This document shows positions 40,486-53,300 of a stretch of DNA of 64,000 bases, one piece after another; position 1 is the stretch's first letter; each line of letters starts with the position of its first letter. The DNA comes from Saccostrea echinata (Eukaryota). The DNA is taken from the NCBI RefSeq assembly GCF_033153115.1, contig NW_026889757.1, positions 4,588,001 to 4,652,000 of the forward strand, written 5' to 3'. A program made the translations under genes and the position numbers. The notes beneath the pieces are model-generated. The model ran no database searches, was not told where the DNA came from, and worked only from the letters and a program-made list of their open reading frames with translations.

Positions 40486-41654
40486 TTTTGTCCCCCGCTT
40501 TCACTGAAAGTGGGGGATATTAATTTGGGTCTGTCTGTCCGTCCGTCTGTATTTCTGTCTGTCTGTAACACTTTTGTTTCCGCACGATATCTTGAGAACC
40601 CTTAGAACTTTCGCAATGAATTTTTGCATAGCAACTCCCTATGGCCTAAAAAGAACCCTATTGATTTTGAGGTCAAAAGGTCAAAGTCATAAATTCTATC
40701 TGTTTTAACACTTTCGTTTCCGCGCGATATCTCGAGAATTCTTTGAGGTTTTGCAATGAAATTTTACATAACAACTCCCTGTGGCCTAAGGAAGACCCCT
40801 ATTAATTTTGAGGTCAAAAGGTCAAAGTTCAAGGTCGTAAATTCATACATTCAGTCTGTGTAACACTTTCGTTTCCGGGCGATATCTCAATAAGCTTTTG
40901 AGCTTTTGCAATGAAATTTTATACCATAACTACCTAGGGCCTCTCTCGCCCCTCTCAAAGTTTCCCGCCCCGATTTTTTTATTATTATTATTATTATTTA
41001 TTGTATTAAAAGTCGCCTGGCACTATTTTTAGCACCGGGGCATGTGGAGAGATATTACGTATAATACATGTTGTCGGCGGACTTTATATTCTTATTACAT
41101 AGATTAGAACTGTTTAGAAAAGGCTAAATTAGACACCATGTACTGTGTAAAATTTTGACAATATCGAACCTGAATATAAACAGTATATGTGACCTACTGT
41201 TTGCATTTAATTAGCTCCGAAATGAAGTGCCTCTGTGGTCTAGGGGTCTGATTCTCGCTTAGTATGTGAGAGGTGCCGGGTTCAAATTCCGGTCGATCTT
41301 TTTTTTTGTCCTTTTTTTTTGGGGGGGGGGGGGAGGTTTACTAAATGATAGTATTTAGCATGTGAAATGAAAAAGTTATGACGTCTGGCTTGTACATGCA
41401 AACTCAGTTGTATAAAATCATTATTACAGTGTGATAAATATTCTATATATAAAGAATCTTCTATACACATATTAAAGAATAAGCAATCAAACATTTATAT
41501 CCATATTGGCATTTTTTATTTGCTTCTATATACATGTATACGTTTAATAATTCTACAAATCCATGGGGGATTCTGACCCCCCCCCCCCTCCCGAACTGCG
41601 CATGCTCTTCTTTTTTCCCTAAGCGGGGGACACAAATTCTCTGAATTAGCTTGT
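40486..41654 (-). mobile_element. Helentron-type element carrying a tRNA-Pro remnant (copy 2)
   Basis: Reverse complement of 27141-28230, with the same termini, internal units and tRNA remnant. Confidence 0.8.
41229..41300 (+). pseudogene. tRNA-Pro-derived sequence (degenerate)
   Basis: gcctctgtggtctaggggtctgattctcgcttagtatgtgagaggtgccgggttcaaattccggtcgatc retains A and B boxes and is followed by a T-run. The acceptor stem is broken and the anticodon loop is mutated. Confidence 0.78.
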
Positions 41655-43030
41655 ATTTACTTGATATAGTGTATGAATGAAGAAAGGATTTCGACAATAC
41701 GCCAGAACCCATCAAAATGGTACCCATTTATAAGTATTTCCGGACTCTTGAGGGAGAATATCCCTCCCAGACTCAGCCCCTACCCCTTTTTAGAAACCTG
41801 GCGACGGCCCTGAAACAGATGTCCACGAGTAAAGGAGATTTTATAACATATCATGCATTTTCGGTGTCCAACGTAGCACCATCCTTAACTCTGAACCCAA
41901 GAACCACGAATTTCACAAATTTAATTGGCAGAGGCCTCAATGCTTATCATGCCTACAGTTTGACTGCAGAACGCTTAGGAGTAAGTGGAGATTTTGGAAG
42001 ATTGCATTGTCTTTTATGGTTTTGATCCCATCCTTCAGGGAGGCAAAGACCATGAAATTCATAATTTATGTTCCCCTTTACTCATAGATGCTTTATACCA
42101 AAATTACTTGAATTGGTTCCTTTGTTCCAAAGAAGAAGCTGAAAATGTTCAAAACTTTATGCACGATGCATAAGATGGACACAGATCAACTGAGTGATTC
42201 AGGTGACCAATAAATGGTTCTTGGCATAAACAGTCAAGTTTTGCAGTTTTTCACTACGTAGTGCGGGAAGGTAGGTCAAAACTTTGCTCAAATAATTTTG
42301 TTTTAAAATCATATCGAAGGAACTACTTTTTTTGGGGGGGGGGGGGCATGCCTGCCTTGAGGGACACCCAAACAAACCAGAAATAAGCCCTATTTTGACC
42401 AAATACATAAAAGAAATAGAGAGACATACAAAATTTATCAAATTAAACTTCAATAAAGAGGAACAGTTTACCTTGGAGACCTTGGAAAGTATGATTTTGC
42501 GTAATCTTAAAGAGATCCTTTAGCATTAATCTGTTAATCAATACTATTTATTTTTAATGTTGCCACTCAAATTCCATCCAATATCTTTCAGCATAAAACT
42601 TATTGAATTCACCAGAACAATTTATCCACCAACTAGTATGCTGATTCACAAGGCACAATTTCAGATATTGATGAACACCGTCTGTAACAATACTTCACGA
42701 ATGAGTATCCAAAAGCCATGTAATCTCAATGAAAATATCCAGTTACATACATATATCTATAACACTTTTAACACCATATATATATATTCTGCATTCTCTC
42801 TATGAAAGAAAGTAACTTTATTTTAATAACATAACAACTTACATTTTTGCACAAATGTGATATGTTTACCTTAGACTTTTGATCAGCACAATAACATAAC
42901 CTCTCCACATGTTTTAATATTACACAGACAAATATGCAAAATGTGAGGGTTTTGTCCTCCATAGCACCCCTAGAGTATACAAGAATTCTATTACCAAATG
43001 TATGAACCTTACAAAATGGAGAAAACTAAA

Positions 43031-43077
<47 letters not shown>

Positions 43078-43080
<3 letters not shown>

Positions 43081-43245
43081 GGTTGTCCCTAAGAATTGAA
43101 ATGGAAGGGGACATTAAAAAAGTAGACGGGGGTCTGGGGTTCCTCTCCTTATGGAAAATTTAGAAGGAATACTGAAATAACCGGGGAATTACATCATTGT
43201 AGGCGGGGAAATTCCCTGGCCCCCGGGGCCTTAGGGACAACCCTG
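43078..43245. mobile_element. Short hAT-like MITE inserted in a (TA)n microsatellite
   Basis: TIR cagggttgtccctaag / cttagggacaaccctg. A second copy in opposite orientation is at 53823-53995. Confidence 0.75.
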
Positions 43246-44049
43246 ATATATATATATGTATATATATGAAATATATAATTTTAAATATAACAATGTATAA
43301 TATATACTATATATAGAAGAGACAGTTTCAATGAACTCAACCTTGTGAGTGACAATCACACTGTGAAATAATTTATAATATATGATAATCTATATATTGA
43401 ATAATTCCAGCATTAATGGAAATACCGGTAATGTGTAGAGTAGTACAATATTACTTATTATAATATACATGTATATCACAGAACAATCTTTGGCAAACTG
43501 TGGTCTCATAAACATCATAAAGCTCATGTTAACATGCAACAATTTAAGATTTATTCTACCCTTCAAAAGAAAATGGCTAATGTAAGATATAATAATAATA
43601 AAACAAATGAACAAATAATGAACTGTCTTAGAAAGTAAATGGAAGACTTTTAACATGAAATACTTGGCTTACGAAGAATTACAATTATACATCATCAAAA
43701 TAAATACTTTTGATATATTTACAAGAATTTCTTACACACATGTAACTCTACTTTTTCTTTCAACATAACAATACAGTAAATATGCTTTTAGCATATATTT
43801 GTCATATATATTTTCTTTCAACGTAACAATACAATAAAACATGCTTTAACCATAGTGTAATGGACAATTTTTAATTTGTTATTAAAAATTATTTGTTATA
43901 CAGGTATCTGATAAGTTAATAACACATTTCAAACCTACAAAGGATGAAAACATTTTGCAATAAGTGTAAATTTATTTTAAACATGTTTGCTCCATTTTTT
44001 TTAACTGTAGTCCAATTTAATGGCAGGAAGAATATTTGTATAATTGCAT

Positions 44050-44372
44050 GAGTCATTGATCAGAACCAGTAATCAAGAGGGCAATATTTGTATAGTAGAA
44101 TAAAACCAGTAGTGTTGATTAGAACCAGTAGTTGACAGGATCAGCTTAGAAAACTAGGTCACCTTGATTACAGCCAGTAATTCACAGAACCAGTGTGTAT
44201 AACTAGGTTGTTGATTAGAACCAGTAGTTGACCACTTTGTATAACTAGGTCGTTGACTAGAACCAGTAATTGACAAAACCAGTTTGTATAACTGGGTTGT
44301 TGATTAGAACTAGTAGTTGACAAAACCAGTTTGTATAACTGGGTCGTTGATTAGAACCAGTAGTTGACAGGA
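44050..44372. repeat. ~45-48-bp minisatellite overlapping the stop codon of the minus-strand gene
   Basis: ttgattagaaccagtagttgac… is repeated ~7 times. Confidence 0.8.
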
Positions 44373-47300
44373 CCAATCACACTGGTTTGAAATAGGATAA
44401 GTAGAATAAAAGCTCCTAGGACAAGAATAGCTATAAGATACTGTGGAAGAATGGGAATATGGAAAAGCTTTGCCTGAAAAAAAAAATCATCATTATTTAT
44501 AAAAACTTCTGATGTTTACTGGTCCTACTTAATATCACTGTTATAAGTAATTATATAAATAATTTTGTACACATAAATAAATAAGTTTATAAAAAGTTCA
44601 CTGTATGACATCTTCACTAGCCAAGTGTTTCTGGTCCACTACTCTCCTTAGGTGTAATTGGAGTTTATTGATATCAATTGACCAATTAGCAAATGTATTG
44701 CAAAGCTACAGAAAATGACATTTTCAGGTTCTTAACTCTATAGTCTTGGGAATGAAAAACACAAAAACAATGATTTGTAAGATAACATGCCATTCTAACT
44801 TTAAATTGATGTATATAATGTAATCTTGAATTTATATTGCAGATATAGACTTGCATTCTAAATAATAAATTAACATTGCTCAATACCTGCTGGTTAAATA
44901 TTCTTTAAAACTTCAATTTTCAAAAAGCATACTTTATTTCTGTCAATGATGCAAGCTTGTGTTTTCAAGATCTTATGACATAAATAATCCTGACTTTTGA
45001 TTGCACAATAGGCCAAGGGTTAGAGGAGAGTAGTAAAATCAGAAACACTTGGCTAGCACAGCTGACTGAATGAGAATTCAGATCAATAGCATTTCTGCCT
45101 TACCTTCATCCTTGCTTGGCTGACAAATAAAATGAAAGAATCTAGCTCTAATTGTGAGGAACTCTTGTACCCAAACACTCTCATCTCTAAGGCTATTTTC
45201 TTCATTCTCATGGACACTGAATTTACTCGAGCTGCCTGTACATTTAATAAAATCAAACATTAAACACCAATTTGTAAATGTGTTTGTATTCAATATCTTT
45301 TACAAACTTAATATAAATCATGTGTATTATGAAAAATGATTAAAAAATGGTTAATTATTTTTCTACACATTACCTGATACAATGGACCAACAAGAATAAT
45401 AAGCCACACCAAAGGGAAACAACTCCTGTAGACCCAGACTTTTATGGAATCATTTTTGTTCAACACAAGAATACAGACACCTGAAATGTTATTATTGTAT
45501 AAATGCTTATTGTACCTCTCTAGCCATCTTTAGCAATTTGTTAGAATTTTCATGCTATCTTAAATGTAAATGACCTATTTACCGGTATCTACAGATGATA
45601 TTTGCAGATCTGAATATTTTGCACATTACAGTAAGTGAATATGTCCCTATATATTACCCATCAATGTCATAATATTTGAATACCAAGCGACCCCCCCAAG
45701 GACCCTGCAAATCAATCAGTGAATATCACATTAATTTTTTTTTATGATTTAGATTTCTGGAGAGTTCTCAGTCGATGCTTTTTGTGAAGCAAAATATCAG
45801 TCTATTTACTGGTAACATGTTTTCTGAATTGAAATTTCTCTTTCGATGCAGCATTCACTTATGTTTATTGTGAAGGACTTATTCAAAGTAATTTTTTTTT
45901 CATCACAATTAGGTAAATCAGAATCATATAATTAAAATGCCATGACCTTAATAGCTGACCTTGGCATTTTATCTTGAAAATGGCACATAAAAATGTTGAG
46001 GATGACTTTTTAAGATGAATTTAAAATTTTAAGATTTTTAAGATTAAGCATCCTCTGAATGAATGAATGAATAGGGAGATTTTATATGATCTATAATGAA
46101 TATTCAATTAAATTATTACTAATTTTTGTCAGTTGAGTAAATCTTTAAACTAATTTACCTATGATTGTCAACTCTGCAAAAATGACTGATATTAGAGCAG
46201 TCATTCTGGCAACCGGGCCATTTAGTAAACCAACATTTTGTTTGATGAAAAGAATGTCCTGGTAATAAAAACAAAAAACTGTTGAAGCATGTAATCATGA
46301 ATTATAGAAATTCATACATAAGATTTAAACTTTATGAGAAAGACAAAAAAAATTCTCAATCACAATGTTTTCATGATACTTGTTATCACAGTTACTTCAG
46401 ACTAGCAAAATAAATTTTCGTCCTTTCACTATACAGGTAAACTTCGGTATCTCGACATCGGATATGTCGACAACCTGGGATATGTCGACATCCTCCCGCG
46501 GTCCCGGCAGTATTCACTATATAAATGATTTGCAAAATCTCTGATATGTCGACCTCGGTAATGTCGACAACCCGGGTTATCTCGACGTATATTCATAGTC
46601 CCAAGAGCAAAATTTACCCAGTATATGTCGACATCGGCAATTTTCTGCTCTACTGAACCTAACTGTTTGTCAGACAGGGTCGCTCGTCACGCACGGACGA
46701 CTCCGGGTATCACGACGTCGTCAAAGTTTCACACCTTTCACACCAATGTTTTGACTGCACGCTGCTTAATTAATTTTATAGACTGTGTTTGTAGGTGAAT
46801 CCCAAGCCCCTTCGGCGTCTTTGAGAAGTTAATTGAGCTTGGGTAATATCATCGCTAAATCTACACGATTCTGCGTAGATGTACAGAATGTTATTTATAT
46901 CGAAACGTAACATAACTTTTAAATTTGAAAAAGATAACTAAATGACAATGAATAACAAAAACTCACTGAAAAATTCATACTAAGGAATTAAAAAAAAGTT
47001 TTAATGATATTTTGTAGTTAAAATGTATTCAACAGGAAACAATCCAATTAACGACACGATAGACAGAATCAGTCGTAATTCGTGCATCCGTAACATCACT
47101 ACGTTAGTTTAGATACACAAATCTCTTTAAAAAATTAATTTTATTGTACATTCTTTCTGAATGAAATAAGAAAAAAATAATCCGCATTTATTATTTTTTT
47201 TTACCGTATATCGGATGTCGACTTTATACGGTTCGAAGTTTATAGAGCGCATTTCGTATCCTGTTCTGACGAAAAGGCAAGTTACACTCGAATGCAGCTC

Positions 47301-50300
47301 AATGCTGTAACTTGGTGCTGAAACTTTGTGAATTTAGAAAGATTTCGATAAGGAACACGTTTTATAAACAAGATTTTTAAAATAACTTCTTAGATTTTTA
47401 ATAAAAATAGAGGGAATTCTGAAATATGTTGAGCTACAGTCTATATTAAAGTCATGTACATATAATAAGCTTGTCTGTTTTGCTATGCAATGAAATCTTG
47501 GACGTCAAGTCTCAACTCTGATATCTCGACACCTCGGATATCTCGACATTTTCCGATGGTCCCGTCGATGTCGTGATAACGAAGTTTACCTGTAGTTTAT
47601 ATAGGAGGCTTTGGGAAAGAAGACAAAAGTAATCTGACCTTCATTGCTGCCTTGAGTTCTGTGGATTTTTCCTGCAATCTCAGTGCTAATCCTCTTATAT
47701 AGAAAAGGACCATTTCACAGTGTGTCACATAGTTAGCTATCACTGCTAACGTCACAGAATTCAACATCAGAATCCCCAGCAATTCAAAACTAAACAGCAC
47801 CCAGTGAATACTCTTCCTAGTAAGAGAAGAAAAAAAAGTTTCTGCAATGTGAATGAATTCAAATGACATTTTTGACAGGAAGTTTGAAAATGAATTCAGT
47901 AAAAAAAAATTTGGTACTTCCTTACCCCATTTTTCGAAAGAAGAGAAGTTGAGGGAAGTTAAAGGCATACTCATAGAGGCCTTGCATGACTAGCGTTATT
48001 GCCACCCAAATAGCACCCACAGCCATGAGTATCCTGAAAATGAAATTAGGCATGTGAAAAGTGATTCTAAACTAAAACACGAGACTGGTCACCTTATATC
48101 ATTCATAATACAAACCTAAGTTTTTTGATCATCTTTTGCTGGGAAGCTGATCTACTGTACGAAGGTGTTGCTTGTAAGAAAACCTGGAATAAATGTTAAT
48201 TCAGGATCAGGAAGGCCCTGATATATTATACATGTATAACAATTCATATTCCATATCAAACACTTAATATAGTCTGCATGTACTTTTTTAATATTGAGTA
48301 ATCACAGGGGCTAAGATCGTTCTGACCCCAAACTCTTTGTACCCAATAATTTTATGGATTACAGGGTACAAAGAGTTCGTGGTCAAATCGGGCTTAGCCC
48401 CAGTGTGAGTAATATACATCTCTTTTCACGGCATCATTGCATGAAAATGCAAACATTTTGAAATGAAATTTTGTACAGTGCAAAATATTTCAAATGGATA
48501 CCAATATCTTCACCCCATAAATCATGTGTTTAACCTGTAGACATTTAAATTTGATCAAATACAGTGTATCAATGTACTAATGTACAATGCACTTATAAAA
48601 TATTCTGGGTTTTTTAAATAAAAAATTTCTCCTTTCACTTATTGAAAACAGAAATACAACAGAAATACAACAAATATATACAATGCAAATGCACTTCCCC
48701 TTATACAGCACCCTTATGTGGATCACTCTGTGTAAATTACTCACCTTTTCCATAATGGCATATAGCTGCTCGTTCTCCTGAATTCTGAAGTGAATCATTC
48801 CCATTATGTACGCCACAAAGTGTAGAATATTTGGAATGACATAGGTAGTAATGATGTGTCTACAAGCCTCGGGGCGCTCTGCAGGGCCAATCTTCCGCAT
48901 GTTAGTGAGATTCTTTAGTAAAGTGATGGAGAGCGTAACCATACTCAGTTCCCCTGCTGTAGCTGCTGTAGTGTTATCAGCCTCTGTTGATACAGGAGAT
49001 GTGGTAGTAGGTGTGGTAACAACCTGAATTTAATGTGTATATGCATACATAAATATATATTCATCATTTATTCAATATAAAATATTTAAAAAATAATACA
49101 CGTATGTTAGTCTATAAGGCCTATGTATTTATCAAAATTAAGTACAACTTCAAAACAAATATTCAGGGTTTTTTCACAAGAATTTAAATTCTGAGATCAA
49201 TGCGTAAATAGGGTGTTAAATTCTGGGATAAATGAGTACACCATGCATTAAATTCCGAGATCTTTGAGTTAGACTTGTGTCCCCTCACCTGAGTATCCTT
49301 GTGAAGATCAAGCTTCCACTGACAAGCAACGATTTCATAAACATAGGTATACAATAACAAACACACAACACATACAGGGTACACAATGTTTAACACAGTC
49401 CATCTCATACTGCCAAAGTTCACAGACTCTCTACCGAATCCCCTCCATCCTATCTGTAATGTATAAACATAAACATAGGTTACTACATGTACATGTAATA
49501 TAATAACAAACACACAACACATACAGGGTACACAATGTTTAACACAGTCCAAGTTCACAGACTCTCTACCGAATCCCCTCCACCCTATCTGTAATGTATA
49601 AACAAACATATATAGGTATTTAATAACAAACACACAACACATATAGGGTACACAATGTTTAATACAGTCCAAGTTCATTGACCTCTCTACCAAAACCCCA
49701 ACCATCCTATCTATAATGTACAAATTATAAATATTTGCATCCATTTGCAAAACAGATTGGGAAAGGGGGTGTTCATTCTTTCAAGGTTCAATACTGTAAA
49801 AACACAATTTTTCCTGGGGATAAAATTTCATTGAATTGTCATCTAAAAAGATTTTGTGGACATTAAATTTCATTGTTTTGAAAGTAACTCTATTCAATAT
49901 ATATAGTCATATAAAAATTTCATGTGGGATTTAATTTTGTTGATAATTGTTAACAACGATAAAAATGAAATTTAATCCCCAACGAATATTTCTGCTTTTC
50001 CAGTATATAGTATTTAACAGAATCTAGATTCTACATCAGGAAACAACAATAACTAAAGGTTAGTGGATAGGCATTTATCTTTTCACGATTTTTCAGTTTG
50101 CAAAAATGAAAATGGTGGGACTGCATTTTGATTAATTATGTGAGTTAATCAAAAACTTAAAATTTCTTCATCTGTCAGTCAGAATATGAATTTTAATTAC
50201 TACAGCAATTTAGAATTATCTTTTTTTTAATTCTTATCTAAAATACTGTAATTTATTCTTTATCAGGGCTCTGTATATCCTGTCATTATTAATGAGTGAA

Positions 50301-53300
50301 ACTTTACAGAATACCTATATACTTACAAACATTAGAAGTCTCCAATAGGGTCTGAGTACCTGCTGTTTACATCTTTTGAGGGTAGTGGTTGTCAGGTTTA
50401 GACTCTCCTCCCCATCCAATATATCAGCTATCTGTAACATATATATAATTATGAAAAATCTTATATATACATGTACCTTACTGTTGCAGTGTTTTCCCTA
50501 AGAACTGGCCAAATTGACCGCTTCAATTGATAAAAATGTCGCTTAGAAATCAAAAATCTAAAAAAAAATTGTTGAGATTTTGTTTACCGGTATAAACATC
50601 AACCCTTAGCCTGTTACAATTGATCTTTAACCCTTTACTTTGAAATAAAGCGAAAACACTGCTGTTGGTCAAACGGTCTTCTTTACAACAAGCATCTGAA
50701 CACAGATCCGCACGATATGCAATATTTTACATAAAAATGAATTAAGTTCAACAGCTGATATTTTTCTCATAAATTACAGAGCTTAACTCTAATATACACA
50801 CAATATTGATCTGAAAAATAAAAAAGTTACTATCTCGAAAACTTTTGGAAGAGCAATATCTGGACAAATGATGTAGTCCCTTTTAGCAGTTGCCCATCCA
50901 ACCACCTGCCCACCATTTTCACTATTTCAATGACCAGATTTTTCCTTTAGAAAACCCCTTTAAAAACCAAATTGGAGAATATTCAAAAAAATACTACATT
51001 AAAATTTCACTTGCACATGCATACTCAGAAATATATTTCTTTTACTGATACAAATTTCCCACATTAAAAACAACTAAAGGATAAATAACACAAACAGACT
51101 TTTTTCAGAAGTCAGCAATATATTTCTTATAAATTAATTTTTAAATTGGTAAACCAAATAATGTTTGCCAGGTATAATGGGAGAATTTTATAAGATTCTG
51201 ACATAAGATCAAAAGTTGTGCAAAATTTTGTATGGAATTATATCGAAAGCGACACAAAGTCACATTTTTAAGCACCAAAGAAAACTTACGATTTCTTTAT
51301 AATATTTTAGGGATTTATTATTTATGTCATTTCTAATCAAAATCAGTCAAAAATATATATCAATCCATGCATCAAATTTTGTTTGTGTTAAGTAATCCTT
51401 AATCTATAACAAAAAGCTCTTTTAATATTAAATGGATACCAGTTACTACTTGTATGCAGTTTACTTATCTGGTCATCAGTATTTGTGTAGTAATCAATAA
51501 ATAAACAAGTTGAACCCACTTGAAGTTTTCTCAAAATTAAAAACAAGAGGCCCATGTACATGGGCCTTGATGGTCACCTGAGTATCATGAGTTTCTCAGG
51601 TTATGTCCACTTTGGACCCACCTGCAACTGGAACTTTGGATTCATGTGACAAAAATTTCATGGTATTTAGGACTCTATCATCATTATCATATTCATACTG
51701 TTTGTTCAGGAGTAAAGAATATAAGGACCGTGCAATGTACAATAAATTCCTATGCATGACCAACTTACTTAGCCTCTACCAAGGCCTAGAAAGATGTCAA
51801 TTTATTGTTAAATCCTTATTATAATCATTCCAACAATTTGCCTACTAGATATGTCAGTAAGTAATAAAGAAGAATTTTAAAGATCAATATATGACCATGT
51901 TCGACACTGGAGCCTGAAACAATAATATGGTAATTTGAATTTTAAGAAAAAAAATTGGTAGAGGGCTAATGTTAATTATAATTATGCAAACAGTTTGTTT
52001 GATATCTGTGATGAGTAAAAAAAATGTATTGAATTTTCACCCTCTTAGCTCCACCCTAGGGGCCCAGCAGAATGGTGGATCAAGGGGACATGAATTTTAC
52101 AATTTTGGCTAAAGGGTTAATTAAGTACTCATTCACTTTTGTATAGGATTAGCATGATATTGAAGGAATCTCTGTTCTTAAATGATGACGAAATTCTGAG
52201 AATCACAAAGACATTGCAACATTTAATCTATATGAATCCATGCTTTATGCTAAGATGATATGATGATCATGCTGGATACATATACAAGGATATTTCAATC
52301 ATAGTTTGGGGCAACTTTATCTACCCTGCTGATGATGTTGTTAGATGATGAATACAATGATGATGATGATGATATTGTGTACCATTATTACACAGATATT
52401 CCTAATCGTCCACATAGGGATGTTGATTACATAATTATGTATAATGAAGATGATGATAATGAACAAAGAAGATTCATAAGTCACTCAGACAAACAGAAAG
52501 TACAAAACTTTCATTTATCCCAATCATATTACATTGGCAAAATGATGATAATGTTGATGATGATGATGACAGAGACACACAACATACAATTGTACAAACT
52601 GCAGAGATTAGTAGTTTCATCCGGCAATGATGAAGGTTATTAATTACACTTAATTATCACACCAGCAGAGAGACAGAACAATAGCTAACATCCACACTGA
52701 AATGATGCTAATGTTGTTAGATGATGATGAGTCTTGTCACACATCACACAGACAGACAGACAAGTGCACTGCTTCATCTATCCTGATAATGTGCTTTTGT
52801 CAGATATTGATGATCATAGAAGATGATGGATATAGATATATACAAATAATACAGTACTTATATCTACCCTTATGATGCACAGACAGACATACAGACAATA
52901 CAGTACTTATATCTACCCTTATGATGCACAGACATACAGTACTTAGATGCACAGACAGACAATACAGTACTTAGATGCACAGACAGACATACAGTACTTA
53001 TTTCTACCCTCAAGATGCACAGACAGATATACAGTACTTATTTCTACCCTCAAGATGCACAGACAGACATACAGTACTTATTTCTACCCTCAAGATGCAC
53101 AGACAGACATACAGACAATACAGTACTTACATCCACTCTAACAGTACTACTATTATTAGATCCTCCCGACCTATTGCTGGCGTGCTGGAGCTCATTATCC
53201 CGCTGTGCAAGGGCACTATCACACATTACAATGTACGAGTTGTGGGAGTTATTTTCTGTTTTGGGTTTCCTGATATCATCATCTTCTATGAGTTCCTCCT

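Noticed and set aside
41229-41300. Functional tRNA gene
   Set aside because: The acceptor stem does not pair, the anticodon loop is mutated, and it lies inside a repeated element.
52250-52840. Asp-rich ORF (52332-52643)
   Set aside because: It is degenerate (GAT)n low-complexity intron sequence on the strand opposite the host gene.
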